Below, one piece after another: positions 34,012 through 48,900 of a stretch of DNA of 64,000 nucleotides. A program made the translations under genes and the position numbers. This DNA is from Eledone cirrhosa (Eukaryota). The notes beneath the pieces are model-generated. The model made no database searches, was not told the origin of the DNA, and saw only the letters and a list, made by a program, of their open reading frames with translations. The first letter of the stretch is position 1, and each line of letters starts with the position of its first letter. Location of the stretch: contig OZ024742.1 of assembly GCA_964016885.1 (NCBI GenBank), forward strand, positions 29,016,001 through 29,080,000, written 5' to 3'.

Positions 34012-36090
34012 AATGTAGGAGGTGAGTTTTATTGTAGTACAATAAAGCAATGCAGATATCGGATAAGAAGCACTCTACAGTATGTGGGACTGGAGTATGC
34101 ATAATATAAGATCAAAAGATGGTTAAAGGAGTTCAATATATTTTATTATGCGCATTTCAAAAACAAACATCATCAAACAATAATATTTGTGTTTTCATCA
34201 GATAAAACAGGAGAACATGATATGAAGGCTAAAAAAACACTTGTTGATAGTGCAGTTTTAAATCAACATATGAAAAGTGGTTTTAGATTGATGTGTGATA
34301 TTGGGAAAAATATTTTATTTAGAGAGGGGGGGGAGAGAAAAGGATGAAAAGGGAAGGAGATGAGAGGGAGAGATGGGTGATAGAGAGAAAGAGATAGTTT
34401 TTATAACTGAGAGGAGATATATTTTATATAGAGGGGTTGAAAACCGTTGGAAGATACTGTATAAATTAAAAATGTTGAAAATTAACGAAGGGAGGATATG
34501 TGCGAGGAAAAAATATATTATATTTAGGGAGGGGTGGGGGTGGAAAGGATGAAAAAAAGGGGAGGAGATGAGAGTGAAGGTGGAAAGGGAGAGATGGGTG
34601 ATAGAGAGAAAGAGATAGTTTTTATAACTGAGAAAAAGATATAGAGAGGTTGGGAACCGTTGGAAGATAATGTATAAATTAAAAGAATTTGAAAATTAAC
34701 GAAGGGAAATTATGTATGGAGATAGAGAGAAAAAAATAACGAAGGGAAATTATGTATGGAGATAGAGAGAAAAAAATAATAATTGTGGGTGAATATTCTA
34801 ACGTCAAAAGAAGAAATGTAGGAATTTTAAAATTAGCAAAGAGAAAAAGTTTATGTGTAGAAGGATTTGAGAAAAATAATGTGAAGTTAAAGTTTTTATA
34901 TTGAATTCATATGTATTAATAATGAGTTCGTTGATGGGGAGAAAAAAATAATAATAAATTAAGGATGAAATTGAGATTAAAAAGATTTATGATAGAGAGA
35001 AAAAATAATAATGATTGCGGATGAATACTCAAAATGTCAAAAACAAATGTTATTGTTTTACGAGGAGATATAATGAGGGTGATGAGTAAACGAGTATTAT
35101 AGAGTGTATAATGCCCTTTAAAGTAAGGTAGATGGGTATATTTTAAAGAATATATGAGTATATATTAAAAAAAATATATAATAATAAATTAAGGATGAAA
35201 TTGAGATTAAAAAGATTTATGATAGAGGGAAAAAAATAATAATGATTGCGGATGAATATTCAAAATGTCAAAAACAAATGTTATTGTTTTACGAGAAGAT
35301 AGGATGAGGGTAATGAGTAAACGAGTATTATAGAGTGTATAATGCCCTTTAAAGTAAGGTAGATGGGTATATTTTAAAGAGGTGTATGTATATGTGCCTT
35401 TGAGAAAAGATTCTAAATTGATAAAGAATTGAATATTAACTGTATACTTTGTGAAAAGTTCTATGGAATTTATGCAGGCAGATGGAAAACAAATCCGAGC
35501 GTCTATTTATTATGGATTCTAGGTTAGAGATAATGGTAAATTTTTCATTTAGGCAGAGATTACAGATTTTAGATAGAGAGCTGTTCAAGTACGAGGATGC
35601 AGAATAAATCTTTTTCCAAAAGATGTTATATTTAATGTTTTTGTCTTTTAAGGACCATATGAGTTCTGAGAGAGCAGTGTTAGTTCTTTTAAGTTTGTAT
35701 TTGAAAGATGAATGATGATTATAGAGACGAGCTTTAAAAGAGGTGGAAGTGGAGCCAAAATAGGTGAAGGAATTGGTGCTAGTTATAATTTTACATTCAT
35801 AAATTAAGTTTTTATCGAGGCAATGGTTGTTGAGAGGACATTTATTTTTAATGCGGCAGTTGCAATTAGAGAGATTATTAATGAGTGATCTAGTGTTATC
35901 TATAGAAGGAATTGGATTGGAGAAGTTGTTTGCGATAGGAATAATAGGAATAATAGTTTCTTGATTTAGAGTTGGATTATGAACATTTAGCGAAGTTGTG
36001 TTTGACGTTGCATTTGGGTTTACAGAAGTTAGCCTAGGGTTTATATATATATATATGACGTTGCATTTGGGTTTACAGAAGTTAGCCTAG
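34012..36090 (-). mobile_element. 5'-truncated PLE (family G) with internally duplicated 3' UTR; hammerhead at 34141-34207
   Basis: GIY-YIG remnant plus a UTR with duplications of about 210 bp and 229 bp. The minus strand reads TTTTAT CTGATGA AAAC..GTTTTT GAAA TGCGCA TA ATAAAA. Confidence 0.85.
35436..36037 (-). pseudogene. Frameshifted PLE GIY-YIG fragment (absent from the ORF track)
   Basis: Manual translation: CNCRIKNKCPLNNHCLDKNLIYECKI..TYFGSTSTSFKARLYNHHSSF / TALSELIWSLKDKNIKYNIFW..CNLCLNEKF..INRRSDLFSICLHK. Confidence 0.85.
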
Positions 36091-36092
36091 TG

Positions 36093-36147
<55 letters not shown>

Positions 36148-36181
36148 GTATATATATATGTATATGTATATATATATGTAT

Positions 36182-36251
<70 letters not shown>

Positions 36252-36270
36252 GTATATATATATGTATATG

Positions 36271-36433
<163 letters not shown>

Positions 36434-36472
36434 ATATATATATATGTGTGTGTGTATATATAAATATGTATG

Positions 36473-36503
<31 letters not shown>

Positions 36504-36516
36504 ATATATATATATG

Positions 36517-36560
<44 letters not shown>

Positions 36561-36570
36561 CATATATATA

Positions 36571-36649
<79 letters not shown>

Positions 36650-36658
36650 ATGTATATA

Positions 36659-36723
<65 letters not shown>

Positions 36724-36772
36724 GTATATGTATATATATATATGTATATATATATGTATATATATATATATG

Positions 36773-36873
<101 letters not shown>

Positions 36874-37006
36874 ATATATATATATATAGAGAGAGATATA
36901 TATGTGTGTGTGTATATATATATATGTATGTATATATATATATATATATGTATGTATATATATATATATGTATGTATATATATATATGTGTATATATATA
37001 TATATG

Positions 37007-37037
<31 letters not shown>

Positions 37038-37106
37038 ATGTGTATATATATATATGTATGTATATATATATATATGTATATATATGTGTACATATATATA
37101 TGTATG

Positions 37107-37139
<33 letters not shown>

Positions 37140-37148
37140 ATATACATG

Positions 37149-37205
<57 letters not shown>

Positions 37206-37214
37206 ACATGTATG

Positions 37215-37259
<45 letters not shown>

Positions 37260-37279
37260 GTATGTATATATATATATAC

Positions 37280-37427
37280 AAATCCCCAAATCCCCAGTCA
37301 CTGAAGAGGTCACAGAGTGTGTGACGAAAGAACTATGACTATATATATATAAACAACTATCTGGTTGTGGAACCAACCAACCAACCAGAAATTTATAAAT
37401 TTGTAAATTTATAAATATTTAATAAAT

Positions 37428-37430
<3 letters not shown>
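37280..37430 (+). mobile_element. PLE tail fragment (family E') with hammerhead at 37296-37340
   Basis: AGTCA CTGAAGA G GTCAC agagtgt GTGAC GAAA GAAC TA TGACT; homologous to 1630-1730 (-). Confidence 0.75.
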
Positions 37431-37468
<38 letters not shown>

Positions 37469-37477
37469 ATATACATG

Positions 37478-37520
<43 letters not shown>

Positions 37521-37529
37521 ACATGTATG

Positions 37530-37574
<45 letters not shown>

Positions 37575-37575
37575 G

Positions 37576-37652
<77 letters not shown>

Positions 37653-37667
37653 ATGTGTATATATATG

Positions 37668-37704
<37 letters not shown>

Positions 37705-37707
37705 ATA

Positions 37708-37740
<33 letters not shown>

Positions 37741-37821
37741 GTGTGTATATATATATATGTGTGTATATATATATATGTGTGTATATATATATATCTATGT
37801 GTGTATATATATATGTGTGTG

Positions 37822-37853
<32 letters not shown>

Positions 37854-37858
<5 letters not shown>

Positions 37859-38400
37859 TTCAAGAGTAACCAATCTTAAAGAGAGAGATGGAGATAGGAG
37901 AGGAGATATGAGAGGGGAGATTGGTGTATTAGTTAGAAGCCAAAGCGTAAAGGCATGTGCTCAATGTGCAATACGCAGTAGATCTTATTACCCATAGGAT
38001 CTTGTTACCCATAGGCAGATCGCACACAATGCAGCCTCGACAGATGAATACTGCTTGATTATGGCTGACAACTGATGCAACCAAGACACCATAGTGAAAA
38101 ATCAATATATGGAACATTATATTATGTAACATTCTCTCATCATTTAAATTTATATTCCTTTGAAGTTCCGATGAGCCGCTCTGTTTTTAAATATGTTAAA
38201 TATTTTCAACTGAACCAGATCAATTATGATATATAGTCATCTGATCCAAAAATATTATATGGAGTAGCGAAACATTTGGAAATGGACATTATTATTATAA
38301 TATTATTATTATTATCTCTACATTCCTTACATCAAATTAAAATATGTTGGCAATCTTTTAATAATGTGTTCCTTGTGGTCTTGTTTTGCTTAACTCATGA
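37854..38400 (+). mobile_element. Probable PLE tail fragment with a degenerate hammerhead (about 38165-38283)
   Basis: CCGATGA GCCGCT...AGTAGC GAAA CATTTG, with (TA)n flanks. Confidence 0.45.
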
Positions 38401-38792
38401 ATATATATATATATATATATATATACGAGTGTTGAAGTATAAAGACGTGTTTTCACTTCTCTCCCCGAGTAAGCAGCAAGTCACACAGCTACAGAACAAA
38501 ACAAAACCAAACAAACCAAATTGACAGGTCAATTACATTTACATACATCTATATTCTTATATATTTGAAACCACGTGTTTACCAGCTTGTGAGTACATTT
38601 TCCTTTAACTACAAATTATTATATACTTTCGTCTTTTCATTAATTTCATTAATTTCAAACAACCAAATAACCAGAATATATTTATATATATATACTCATA
38701 TTTATATATACACTTCTCACTCACACACAAGAAAAACAAAAAAAATATATATATTGAAATACTTAACTAAAACACACACACTCAAGACTAGA

Positions 38793-39332
38793 ATGGCTAA
38801 CCAGCAAAAATCCAAACAGAACTGGTCTGATAATGAAATCGACATTCTAATAAACACATGGCATTGCCTTACCCAAACAGAAGACATAGATGCTTCACGT
38901 CTGAACGAAATTGCTAAACGTACAGTTCACCTTTTGAAAACCCGATCTGAACAACAGATTCAAAATAAATTAAACAAATCGAAGTTGCTTTTAAATTAAT
39001 CAATAAACATTTGGATAAACAACGGTGTGTTTTTTCTTCGGATGCTGTCCAGCAGCAGCAACAGCAGCAACAACAACAACAACAGCAGCAACAACGGCAA
39101 CAACAACAACAGCTACAACAACAACCGCAACAGCAGCAACAACAACAACAGCAACAACAACAACAACGACAACAACAACAACAGTGTGAACCACTCCTTG
39201 ATTCATCAACAATGGCCGATCTACTAAATGAAACTATTGACCTCCCAGTAGCCACTGTCTCACAGCAGGAAACGCCTCTCCCTTTCTCTGCCCCAGCAGT
39301 CCAATCATCACCACTGCCAACATCTCCTATGC

Positions 39333-39381
<49 letters not shown>

Positions 39382-40002
39382 ATCTTTGCCTACTGCTGTC
39401 TCAAGGAATTTACCTTCTAATACCAATACAAGAACTCTCCCTCCCACAGCCCACAAAGCTCGTCAAAACCTACTCAAACTATCATCTACACCTCTCACAA
39501 CACACACACACACATACACACCCACTCGAAACCCATCATTTGCCGCTACTCTCTACGCTATAGAATATGTACGGATAGTGGCTGCAAGTTCACCCATTTA
39601 CCTAGGACAAAACGGTCTAACCTCACAAACAGCCACCACCATAATACATACTATAATTTAATACCAACACAACCACCAATAACTCAAACAAGGAATCCAC
39701 AAATCTGCCGCTTTTCCCTGCGAGACAGATTGTGTTTACACCGGGATTGTCCCTTTACCCATCTCCCGGGGACCCGTCGGACAAATGAAAATAAAAATAA
39801 AAATAAAAACAAAAACAAAAACCATAACCTACATAAAAATAACCACTACCTCAGTCACCAACAATCTCCTAAACAGGAAACTTCTTCCTCTTTTTTAGCC
39901 ATAATGAATCTGGCAAAAGAACTGGAAAAAAACATTCGAGCTATCACCCAGCACCACCCTCCACTATCACCCCACTGCAGAAACTCCCATTGCTGCCATT
40001 AA
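38793..40002 (+). pseudogene. LINE ORF1 (frameshifted): Myb/SANT-like N-terminus, polyQ, polyT and two CCCH fingers
   Basis: MANQQKSKQNWSDNEIDILINTW..RSEQQIQNKL; Q and T runs; manual translations ICRYSLRYRICTDSGCKFTHL and ICRFSLRDRLCLHRDCPFTHL (both Cx8Cx4Cx3H). Confidence 0.7.
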
Positions 40003-42988
40003 CAAACAAACAAATTAACAACACACCAAAACAATTAAAGCCATCCACTCTCGCCTCAACATTTTTGCTTAACACCCACGGTATCAGCCCTTCCACCAAT
40101 ACTCAAAAATGGAAGATCAAATTCCTGGAGGACTGGGTTGATGTCCATCCAAACCACATCCCTTTCTTCGTCCTCACTGAAACCCATCTCAGTAACCTCC
40201 ACTTGGAAGCCGAGGTGAAAGTGAAAAATTTCAAAGCCATCCGTGCTGATCGCGCTGGCAGAAGAAAGGGTCCATAATTCTTTCTCAACAGAGGCTATGT
40301 ACATATTTTCTAATGGATACTGCGAAGCAGTCACTGTATTCAGTCAAACCAACAACCTAATAGTAGTTGGGCTCTATAGGCCACCCCAAACGCCTCTACC
40401 ATGCTTCAAGGAATGCCTCAACAACATAAAGTGTTTCATCCAAGAGTGTCACCCTGACAACATCTTAATGATGGGGGACTTCAACCTCCCCGGAGTTGAC
40501 TGGTCCACAAACAGCCTGCCACCAGGTTCTTCTGCCTCAACCTCTGACAGGCAAGCAGTGGAATCGCTTCTTGACTTCATGGATGATTTCTTCCTGTCAC
40601 AACTGGTGCTCGAACCAACGAGGTGCCACAAAAACGTCCTAGACTTAATTTTCAGCAATCACACTGACACTATCCACAATATTGCAGTGGAGAAAACTCT
40701 ACTCTCTGATCATGACATGGTTCTCTGTGATCTGAGATTCCACCGTCCAATATACAAACCCAATGTCATCTCTCCTGTCCATCCGTTTGACGCTATGGAT
40801 TTCCACAATGCAAACTGGGAAGCGATCAGTCATGATCTTGCACATGTCGACTGGTCCTTCACGCACACTTACACATCCACTAACATCAAAAAGTCCTGGC
40901 AGACATTTGTGGACACTGTTACAAACATATGTGCAAAACACACCCCATTAAGAACTATAAACAAATCTAAGAGCAGAATCCCTAGAAATAGAAAAACGTT
41001 CATCAGGAAAATTAAGAGAACTAACAAAAAAATCAACAAGCTGAAATACTGTCAGCAACAACACATCAACTTGACTGCCATTTCATCACTAGAGATTAAA
41101 AAACATAACCTCCAAAACAATATGATGTCTATCATCAACAATCAGAGAAGAGCTGAAGAGGCCTGGGCCATTGAGAAGATCAAACTCAATCCCAAAGTGT
41201 TCTTTCATTTGCAAAAAAACACAAAATCACTGGCTCTACTGTTGGCCCTCTAATTGATGAAAATAGCACTCAAGACAATGCTAAAACCATGGGTAAGATA
41301 CTGCAGAAACAATACTGCTCTGTTTTCAGCAATCCTGATATGCCGATCTGGGCTGTATCGGCGATGTTACTCCCCATTACACCTTATCGGACATAAAGTT
41401 TGGCGCCCCTGATGTCTTAGCGGCAATAAAGGAAATCAAGCATAATTCAGCAGTAGGTCCCGATAGGTTCCCTGCTTGTGTCTTGAAGGCGTGTCAACAC
41501 CAACTTGCATCTCCTCTTGCCAATCTGTGACGGAACTCACTGGATGCTGGATATGTGCCAGAAAACCTTCTATCCCAGTCTGTTGTCCCAGTTTTCAAAA
41601 GAGGAAACAAATCCCTTGCCGTGAATTACCGTCCAATCTCACTCACCTCTCATATCATTAAGGTATTTGAGAGAGTGGTGAGATCGCGAATGACTCACTT
41701 CCTTGAGAGTAACAATATGCTGAACTCCAACCAGCATGGATTCCGTAATGGAAGGAATTGCCTGACGCAGCTACTGCATCACTTTGATGACATTTTGAGA
41801 GCCTTGGGAGAGGGTTCCAACACTGATGTTATCTACCTTGATTTCAGCAAAGCCTTTGACAGGGTTGATCACAACATTCTACTGAGAAAGCTGTCCAATA
41901 TTGGTGTCACTGGAAAGCTGCTGCAGTGGATCAAGAGCTTCCTGTCAAATAGAACCCAACATGTTGTAGTCGAAGGAGTCAAATCCAGCCCAGCCAAAGT
42001 CAGTAGTGGGGTCCCACAAGGCACTGTGTTGGGCCCACTTCTCTTCATCATCTATATTAATGACATCACTGACATCATCAAACAGAGCAACATTAGAATT
42101 TTCGCTAATGATTCTAAGCTCCAAAAGGTCATCAATGGCGTGGATGACCGGATAAGCCTTCAGTCAGACCTACTGGCTGTTACCCAAAGGGCGGAAAAGA
42201 ACAACATGTTACTGAACGAAGACAAATTCGAACTGATCCACTTTGGAAAAGAGGATGTTCTGAAACTCCCCTACTCCCTTCCCTCCGGTGAAACTCTCGT
42301 GGCATCTAAAAACATCAGAGACTTGGAAGTAACCGTGGACAGCAACATAAGCTGGGCCACGCATATAAGCAGCAAAGTTGACATGGCCCGCAGAATGTGT
42401 TCCTGGATCCTCAGAACCTTCCAGTCGAGAGATTCCCACACCATTATCCTTCTCTTCTCCACTTTTGCTCGACCACACCTTCAATACTGTTGTCCACTGT
42501 GGTCTCCCCACACGAAACAAAGTATCATGAAACACGAAGCTCCCCACAGGGCAATCACAAAAAAGATAGATGGCATGTCAGACCTTGACGACTGGGGTGG
42601 ACTAGAAAAGCTGAAACTTTACTCACTCCAACGTCGCCGTGAGCGTTATATTATCTGCATGATGTGGAAAATGTTTCATCAGCACAGCCCAAATGATGTT
42701 GGCATCACCTTCAAAATACACACAAGGCTTGGGCCCCGGGCTATCCGTCCCAAACAAAAATCTAAATCGCAACTCATAACAACAATACGGCACAATTATT
42801 TCACCTCAATTGGCCCTGCTCTCTTCAACATCACACCAGGACACGTCAAAACAGAAACTGACCACACAAAATTCAAGAAGTCTTTGTACAAATTCCTCCA
42901 AGTAATCCCGGACAAACCACCCACACTCGGATATGTCTCCGCAAACAGTAATTATCTTCTCGAATGGGCCATGGTGCCCAAATCCTGA
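39990..42988 (+). pseudogene. LINE ORF2 APE+RT, with several frameshifts and FADD changed to FAND
   Basis: LTETHL, LYRPP, GDFNLP, LDLIF, SDHDMV, GPD, NYRPISLTS, QHGFR, YLDFSKAFDRVDH, SGVPQGTVLGPLLF, FAND, LQYCCPLWSP, RRERY. Confidence 0.92.
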
Positions 42989-43089
42989 ATTGAAAGACTT
43001 CGCCAGGTGGTGCTATTAAGTTAGACATGGCCTGGGCCAATACTGGCCAAAACATTTCAAAGTTATTCAAAGTTATATATATATATATA

Positions 43090-43526
43090 TATATTAATAA
43101 GAGGAATTCCAACTTTTTCTGATTTACTCGTTTTATTTACAATCCTTTAAAATTTATAATGGTATTATAATGAAATAGTATGATAGAATATTAAATTCTA
43201 AGTGTTAATTGAACAAGTACTTTCATGCTTTCGCAATCTTCAGGTTCATAATATGTGGTGACAGTCAAGTTTGCAATTTTCAACTGTTGAAAATTGCAAA
43301 CTTGACTGTCACCACATATTATGAACCTGAAGATTGCGAAAGCATGAAAGTACTTGTTCAATTAACACTTAGAATTTAATATTCTATCATACTATTTCAT
43401 TATAATACCATTATAAATTTTAAAGGATTGTAAATAAAACGAGTAAATCAGACAAAGTTGAAATTCCTCTTATTAATATAATCTTCTATACACAATCATA
43501 CACACCCGTGTATATTTACCTATCTA

Positions 43527-43530
<4 letters not shown>
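43090..43530 (+). mobile_element. Family B mini-foldback: 195-bp arms around a 1-nt centre (43285), plus a 50-bp extension
   Basis: Palindrome 43090-43480 with 2 mismatches. Hammerheads at 43210-43248 (-) and 43322-43360 (+). The ends match those of 30506-33475. Confidence 0.9.
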
Positions 43531-43590
<60 letters not shown>

Positions 43591-44578
43591 TAAAAAAATA
43601 ATGAATAAAACAATGAAACAGTTCCTTATATTAAACAAAAAAAGTTCATTATTTAACGATCGTTTCTAGGACATATATGTGTTAGAATTGGCATGCATAT
43701 TCAACAGATCTATGTACAAAATTATACAAAATTATACAAACTATCAAATTTAATATACATACCAACACATACATATGCCGTCTTCAGAAATAATGAAATA
43801 TATTTATTGATAATAACAACAATTCAAAATTACAGGTCTGTTTGGCAACAGAGTTCAAATTGACCAATGAAATACACAAAAATATATCCAGAAAATACAG
43901 TTACGTGTGTGTGTATATGTAAGTAACTTCGTTCACAGATATGCATAAAAATATATGTTCACATGCATACGCATGTCGAAAAAATGTATGTAAATACAAA
44001 AATTCAGGGCTAATGTCTCTGTATGTTTATAATCTACAGATAAAGTACATATACGTATATAAATATATACACATTCATATATACACACATATACATACAT
44101 TCACACACACACGCGCATATACGCATAAACATACACATAACCACGAACATACACCCCCACCCCCACCTCCACACACACACACACATATATGTGTATATAT
44201 TATTATCATAAGCATATGGACATTAAGGCGCGCACATAAGCACTGCCACATATATTTAGATCCAGATACAGAAAGTAGGTGAGGGGGTCAGTAATTAGTA
44301 CGGGTGTCAGACAAACTGCCTATTTATAAATGTATCTATAAATTTAGAAATAAAAAAAAAAATATTAAAAAAAATATATATATATAAACAAGTAAAATAT
44401 AAAATACACATCGATATACATATATATATATATATATACATACACATATATATATATATATATACACATATATATACATATATATACACATACATATATA
44501 TAGAGACACATACATATACACATATAAATACATAGACATATATATATACACACATATATATATATACATATATTCACA

Positions 44579-44623
<45 letters not shown>

Positions 44624-44885
44624 TGTACATACACATATACACATACATACCCATATATATATATATACACACATACACACACACATATACAAGCACACAT
44701 ATACATAGATATATATATAGATATATATATATATACACATATATATACATACATACACATATATATACACACACATACATATACGCATATATATACACAC
44801 ATACACATCCATGTATGCATATACACATACAACCACACGCTCACACAACTCAGACATACATAAATAAAGAGATATACATACACAC

Positions 44886-44942
<57 letters not shown>

Positions 44943-44977
44943 AATATATATACACACACACACACATATACATACAC

Positions 44978-45022
<45 letters not shown>

Positions 45023-45050
45023 TATACATATACATATATACATATATATA

Positions 45051-45081
<31 letters not shown>

Positions 45082-45109
45082 ATACACACAGTCAGACAAT
45101 TATGCACAC

Positions 45110-45141
<32 letters not shown>

Positions 45142-45280
45142 ACACATCAACTACAAATATATATATATATATACACTCACATATACACGTACACATACGC
45201 ATATATATACACACACACATATACACATAGACATATATATACACATATATATACATACATACATATATATACACATATAT

Positions 45281-45315
<35 letters not shown>

Positions 45316-45967
45316 CACAATCATACACCCTTATTTACATGCGCACATGTATTTTTATACTCACATACAAACACCCAAACATACATACCTACTTACATAT
45401 ACATACATACATCCACGCTTACAAATACAAATAATTATAGGGGGGGGGGGGGATTATAGTAAATATAGGTTTCAAGGAACATAGAATATTAATCTGCATT
45501 TTGATCATAATATGTGTTTACATAGTAGTTTCAGTATTAGGAAATGTAAGAAAGAAGGCAAAATTATGCATTTTAATATAAGTAGACTATTAATTATAGG
45601 TTAACTAAATTAAAAATAGTTAATATATTGATTTCTAAGGTGTATACTACTTAGGTTTATAATATTTGAAGCGGAATTTTGAAGTTAAACAGTAGTAGAG
45701 TATTAATTATAGCATAACTAAATTAAAAATATTAACATTATGGTATCAATATTAGGAAATGAATTTAGTAATAGGGAAAAAACCAAATCAAGTAATTCAT
45801 CGGTAGTAGAATATAAATTATAGGTTAACTAAATTAAAAATTATATATTAATTTCTATAGTATATGTTAATTAGGTTTATAATAATTAAAACAGATTTTG
45901 TATTTTATCTATAGTAGAATATAATTATAGGTTAACAAAAATTAAAATTAATATATATATATATATA

Positions 45968-48900
45968 TACGATATTAAATAAATGGAAACTATATTTATA
46001 AAACCATATTTATTTCATTATATATATTTCAGGGATATCATATTAACAATATGCTATGCCTTCCTCAGACAAAATACAATATAAACAGTTTTATAGATAA
46101 ATAGATTTGACATACCGTACAACATCGACTTGTATTTGAAAAGTTGAATTGGCAGTGAAAAAATTGTACACAGAGAGAAAGAAAGAGAGAAAAAAAAGGA
46201 AAGAAAGACAGAAAACGAAGAAAAAGAAGAAAAAGAAGAAATGCATGGAAAAAAATAGAGAGATGGAAAGATAGATAAAGAGAAGAACTTCATGTAAAGA
46301 AACAGAGATATATATATATATAGAGAGAGAGGAAATAGAGATAGATATATATATAGAAAACTAGGTAGTGGGACATCCGTTGAGTAAACGTATCAATGAT
46401 ACATTTATTTATTTATTTATTTAGCTCTAGTATTAATGTAAGGGAGATATATGTCGTTAGGAGAGAAACCAGCTGTTATATAGAGAAAAATTAACCAGAC
46501 ATAGGCGAGGCATAAAAACCCTATGTTTTAATGTAGAGGTATTAGTATGTATAAAAACCAGCCACTATATTGTAAATATCAGTATTCCTGAATGAGACAT
46601 GTATCCATAATGTGTGAAAAGTAATGATCTTATGTTTAGTTTTTTTAAAAAAATTCATATGTTTATGTGATAACTACAAACATCTATGTGAATTTACATG
46701 ATCAACTCTGCAAACCCTAAGTTCACGGAAAACATTCTCATTGTGCTATAAAAATTTAAGTATACATATATGTGTATATATATACACACATATATATATA
46801 GAGTCTATATTACTACTATTCTTGTCTTTACTCTACAAGATTATCTATCAAGCAGAAATAGAGAGCAGATTTCAATATATTAATAAAAAAATATATATCA
46901 GAAACAAAAACCAAAAAATAACAATAATAATAATAATAATAAATAATAATAAAATAGAAAACTAAAAAATATTACGAAAGAATATTACATATTAAAAATA
47001 TTACATATTAAAAATAAAAATATTAGAACATACTACAATAATAAAAACAAACCACAAAGATCAACCCTTCAAAATTAATTGACAATATATTGCCAAGTTC
47101 ATTATAAGCATCAGAGTCGAAAAACAGATAAAGCTAAAAATTATTTATCAAATCGCATCTAGCAAAAATCATTTCAAAAAGTTTATGATGCCCATTTGGT
47201 CTACATGTGTTCTTATATTTAATATAGAAGTTTATCTAGTGTAACGTTTATTCGAAATATTTGGAGCATCAACTTTTAGGGTAGCTTAATTTTTCATGAA
47301 GAATGTTTAAATAAAAATAAAAAGAAAAAGAATAAAAAGAAGAAATCGAAAGATTTATCGGCTAGTTTCCCATATAATTATAAATCAAACTAAATATACT
47401 ACATTTTAAATTTAAATTTATATTTAAAAGTTGAGTTTAATCTATGTTTGCAGCAACTGAATAAATTTGTCCGTAGATTAAGGGAATTTTTAGATTTTAG
47501 TATAAAGAATATCTCCTCTGCGCAGAGGTCACATGTCTCAGAGGATGAATTAAAAGGAATCCCTCTTGAGACTATATTCCAAGCCGTCGAATATCTAACG
47601 TTATCTAGCTTAAGTTGCCAGAGTACGCCTGATAGTGCCGTTGAAGATTTTTTTCTTGGATCTGTGAAAGAATTCTTGCTGCAAACATAGATTAAACTCA
47701 ACTTTTAAATATAAATTTAAATTTAAAATGTAGTATATTTAGTTTGATTTATAATTATATGGGAAACTAGCCGATAAATCTTTCGATTTCTTCTTTTTAT
47801 TCTTTTTCTTTTTATTTTTATTTAAACATTCTTCATGAAAAATTAAGCTACCCTAAAAGTTGATGCTCCAAATATTTCGAATAAACGTTACACTAGATAA
47901 ACTTCTATATTAAATATAAGAACACATGTAGACCAAATGGGCATCATAAACTTTTTGAAATGATTTTTGCTAGATGCGATTTGATAAATAATTTTTAGCT
48001 TTATCTGTTTCTCGACTCTGATGCTTATAATGAACTTGGCAATATATTGTCAATTAATTTTGAAGGGTTGATTTTTGTGGTTTATTTTTATTATTGTAGT
48101 ATTTTCTAATATTTTTATTTTTAATATGTAATATTTTTAATATGTAATATTCTTTCGTAATATTTTTTAGTTTTCTATTTTATTATTATTTATTATTATT
48201 ATTATTATTGTTATTTTTTGGTTTTTGTTTCTGATATATATTTTTTTATTAATATATTGAAATCTGCTCTCTATTTCTGCTTGATAGATAATCTTGTAGA
48301 GTAAAGACAAGAATAGTAGTAATATAGACTCTATATATATATGTGTGTATATATATACACATATATGTATACTTAAATTTTTATAGCACAATGAGAATGT
48401 TTTCCGTGAACATAGGGTTTGCAGAGTTGATCATGTAAATTCACATAGATGTTTGTAGTTATCACATAAACATATGAATTTTTTTAAAAAACTAAACATA
48501 AGATCATTACTTTTCACACATTATGGATACGTGTCTCATTCAGGAATACTGATATTTACAATATAATGGCTGGTTTTTATACATACTAATACCTCTACAT
48601 TAAAACATAGGGTTTTTATGCCTCGCCTATGTCTGGTTAATTTTTCTCTATATATAACAGCTGGTTTCTCTCCTAACCACATATATCTCCCTTACATTAA
48701 TACTAGAGCTAAATAAATAAATAAATAAATAAATGTATCATTGATACGTTTACTCGACGGATGTCCCACTACCTAGTTTTCTATATATATATATATCTAT
48801 CTCTATTTCCTCTCTCTCTATATATATATCTCTCTCTGTTTCTTTACATGAAGTTCTTCTCTTTATCTATCTTTCCATCTCTCTATTTTGTTCCATGCAT

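Larger units (their letters stand above)
38426..43074 (+). mobile_element. Full-length, inactivated two-ORF CR1/L2-group LINE
   Basis: 5' UTR, ORF1, APE+RT ORF2 and a short 3' UTR ending in a TTCAAAGTTA tandem repeat. (TA)n on both sides. Confidence 0.88.
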
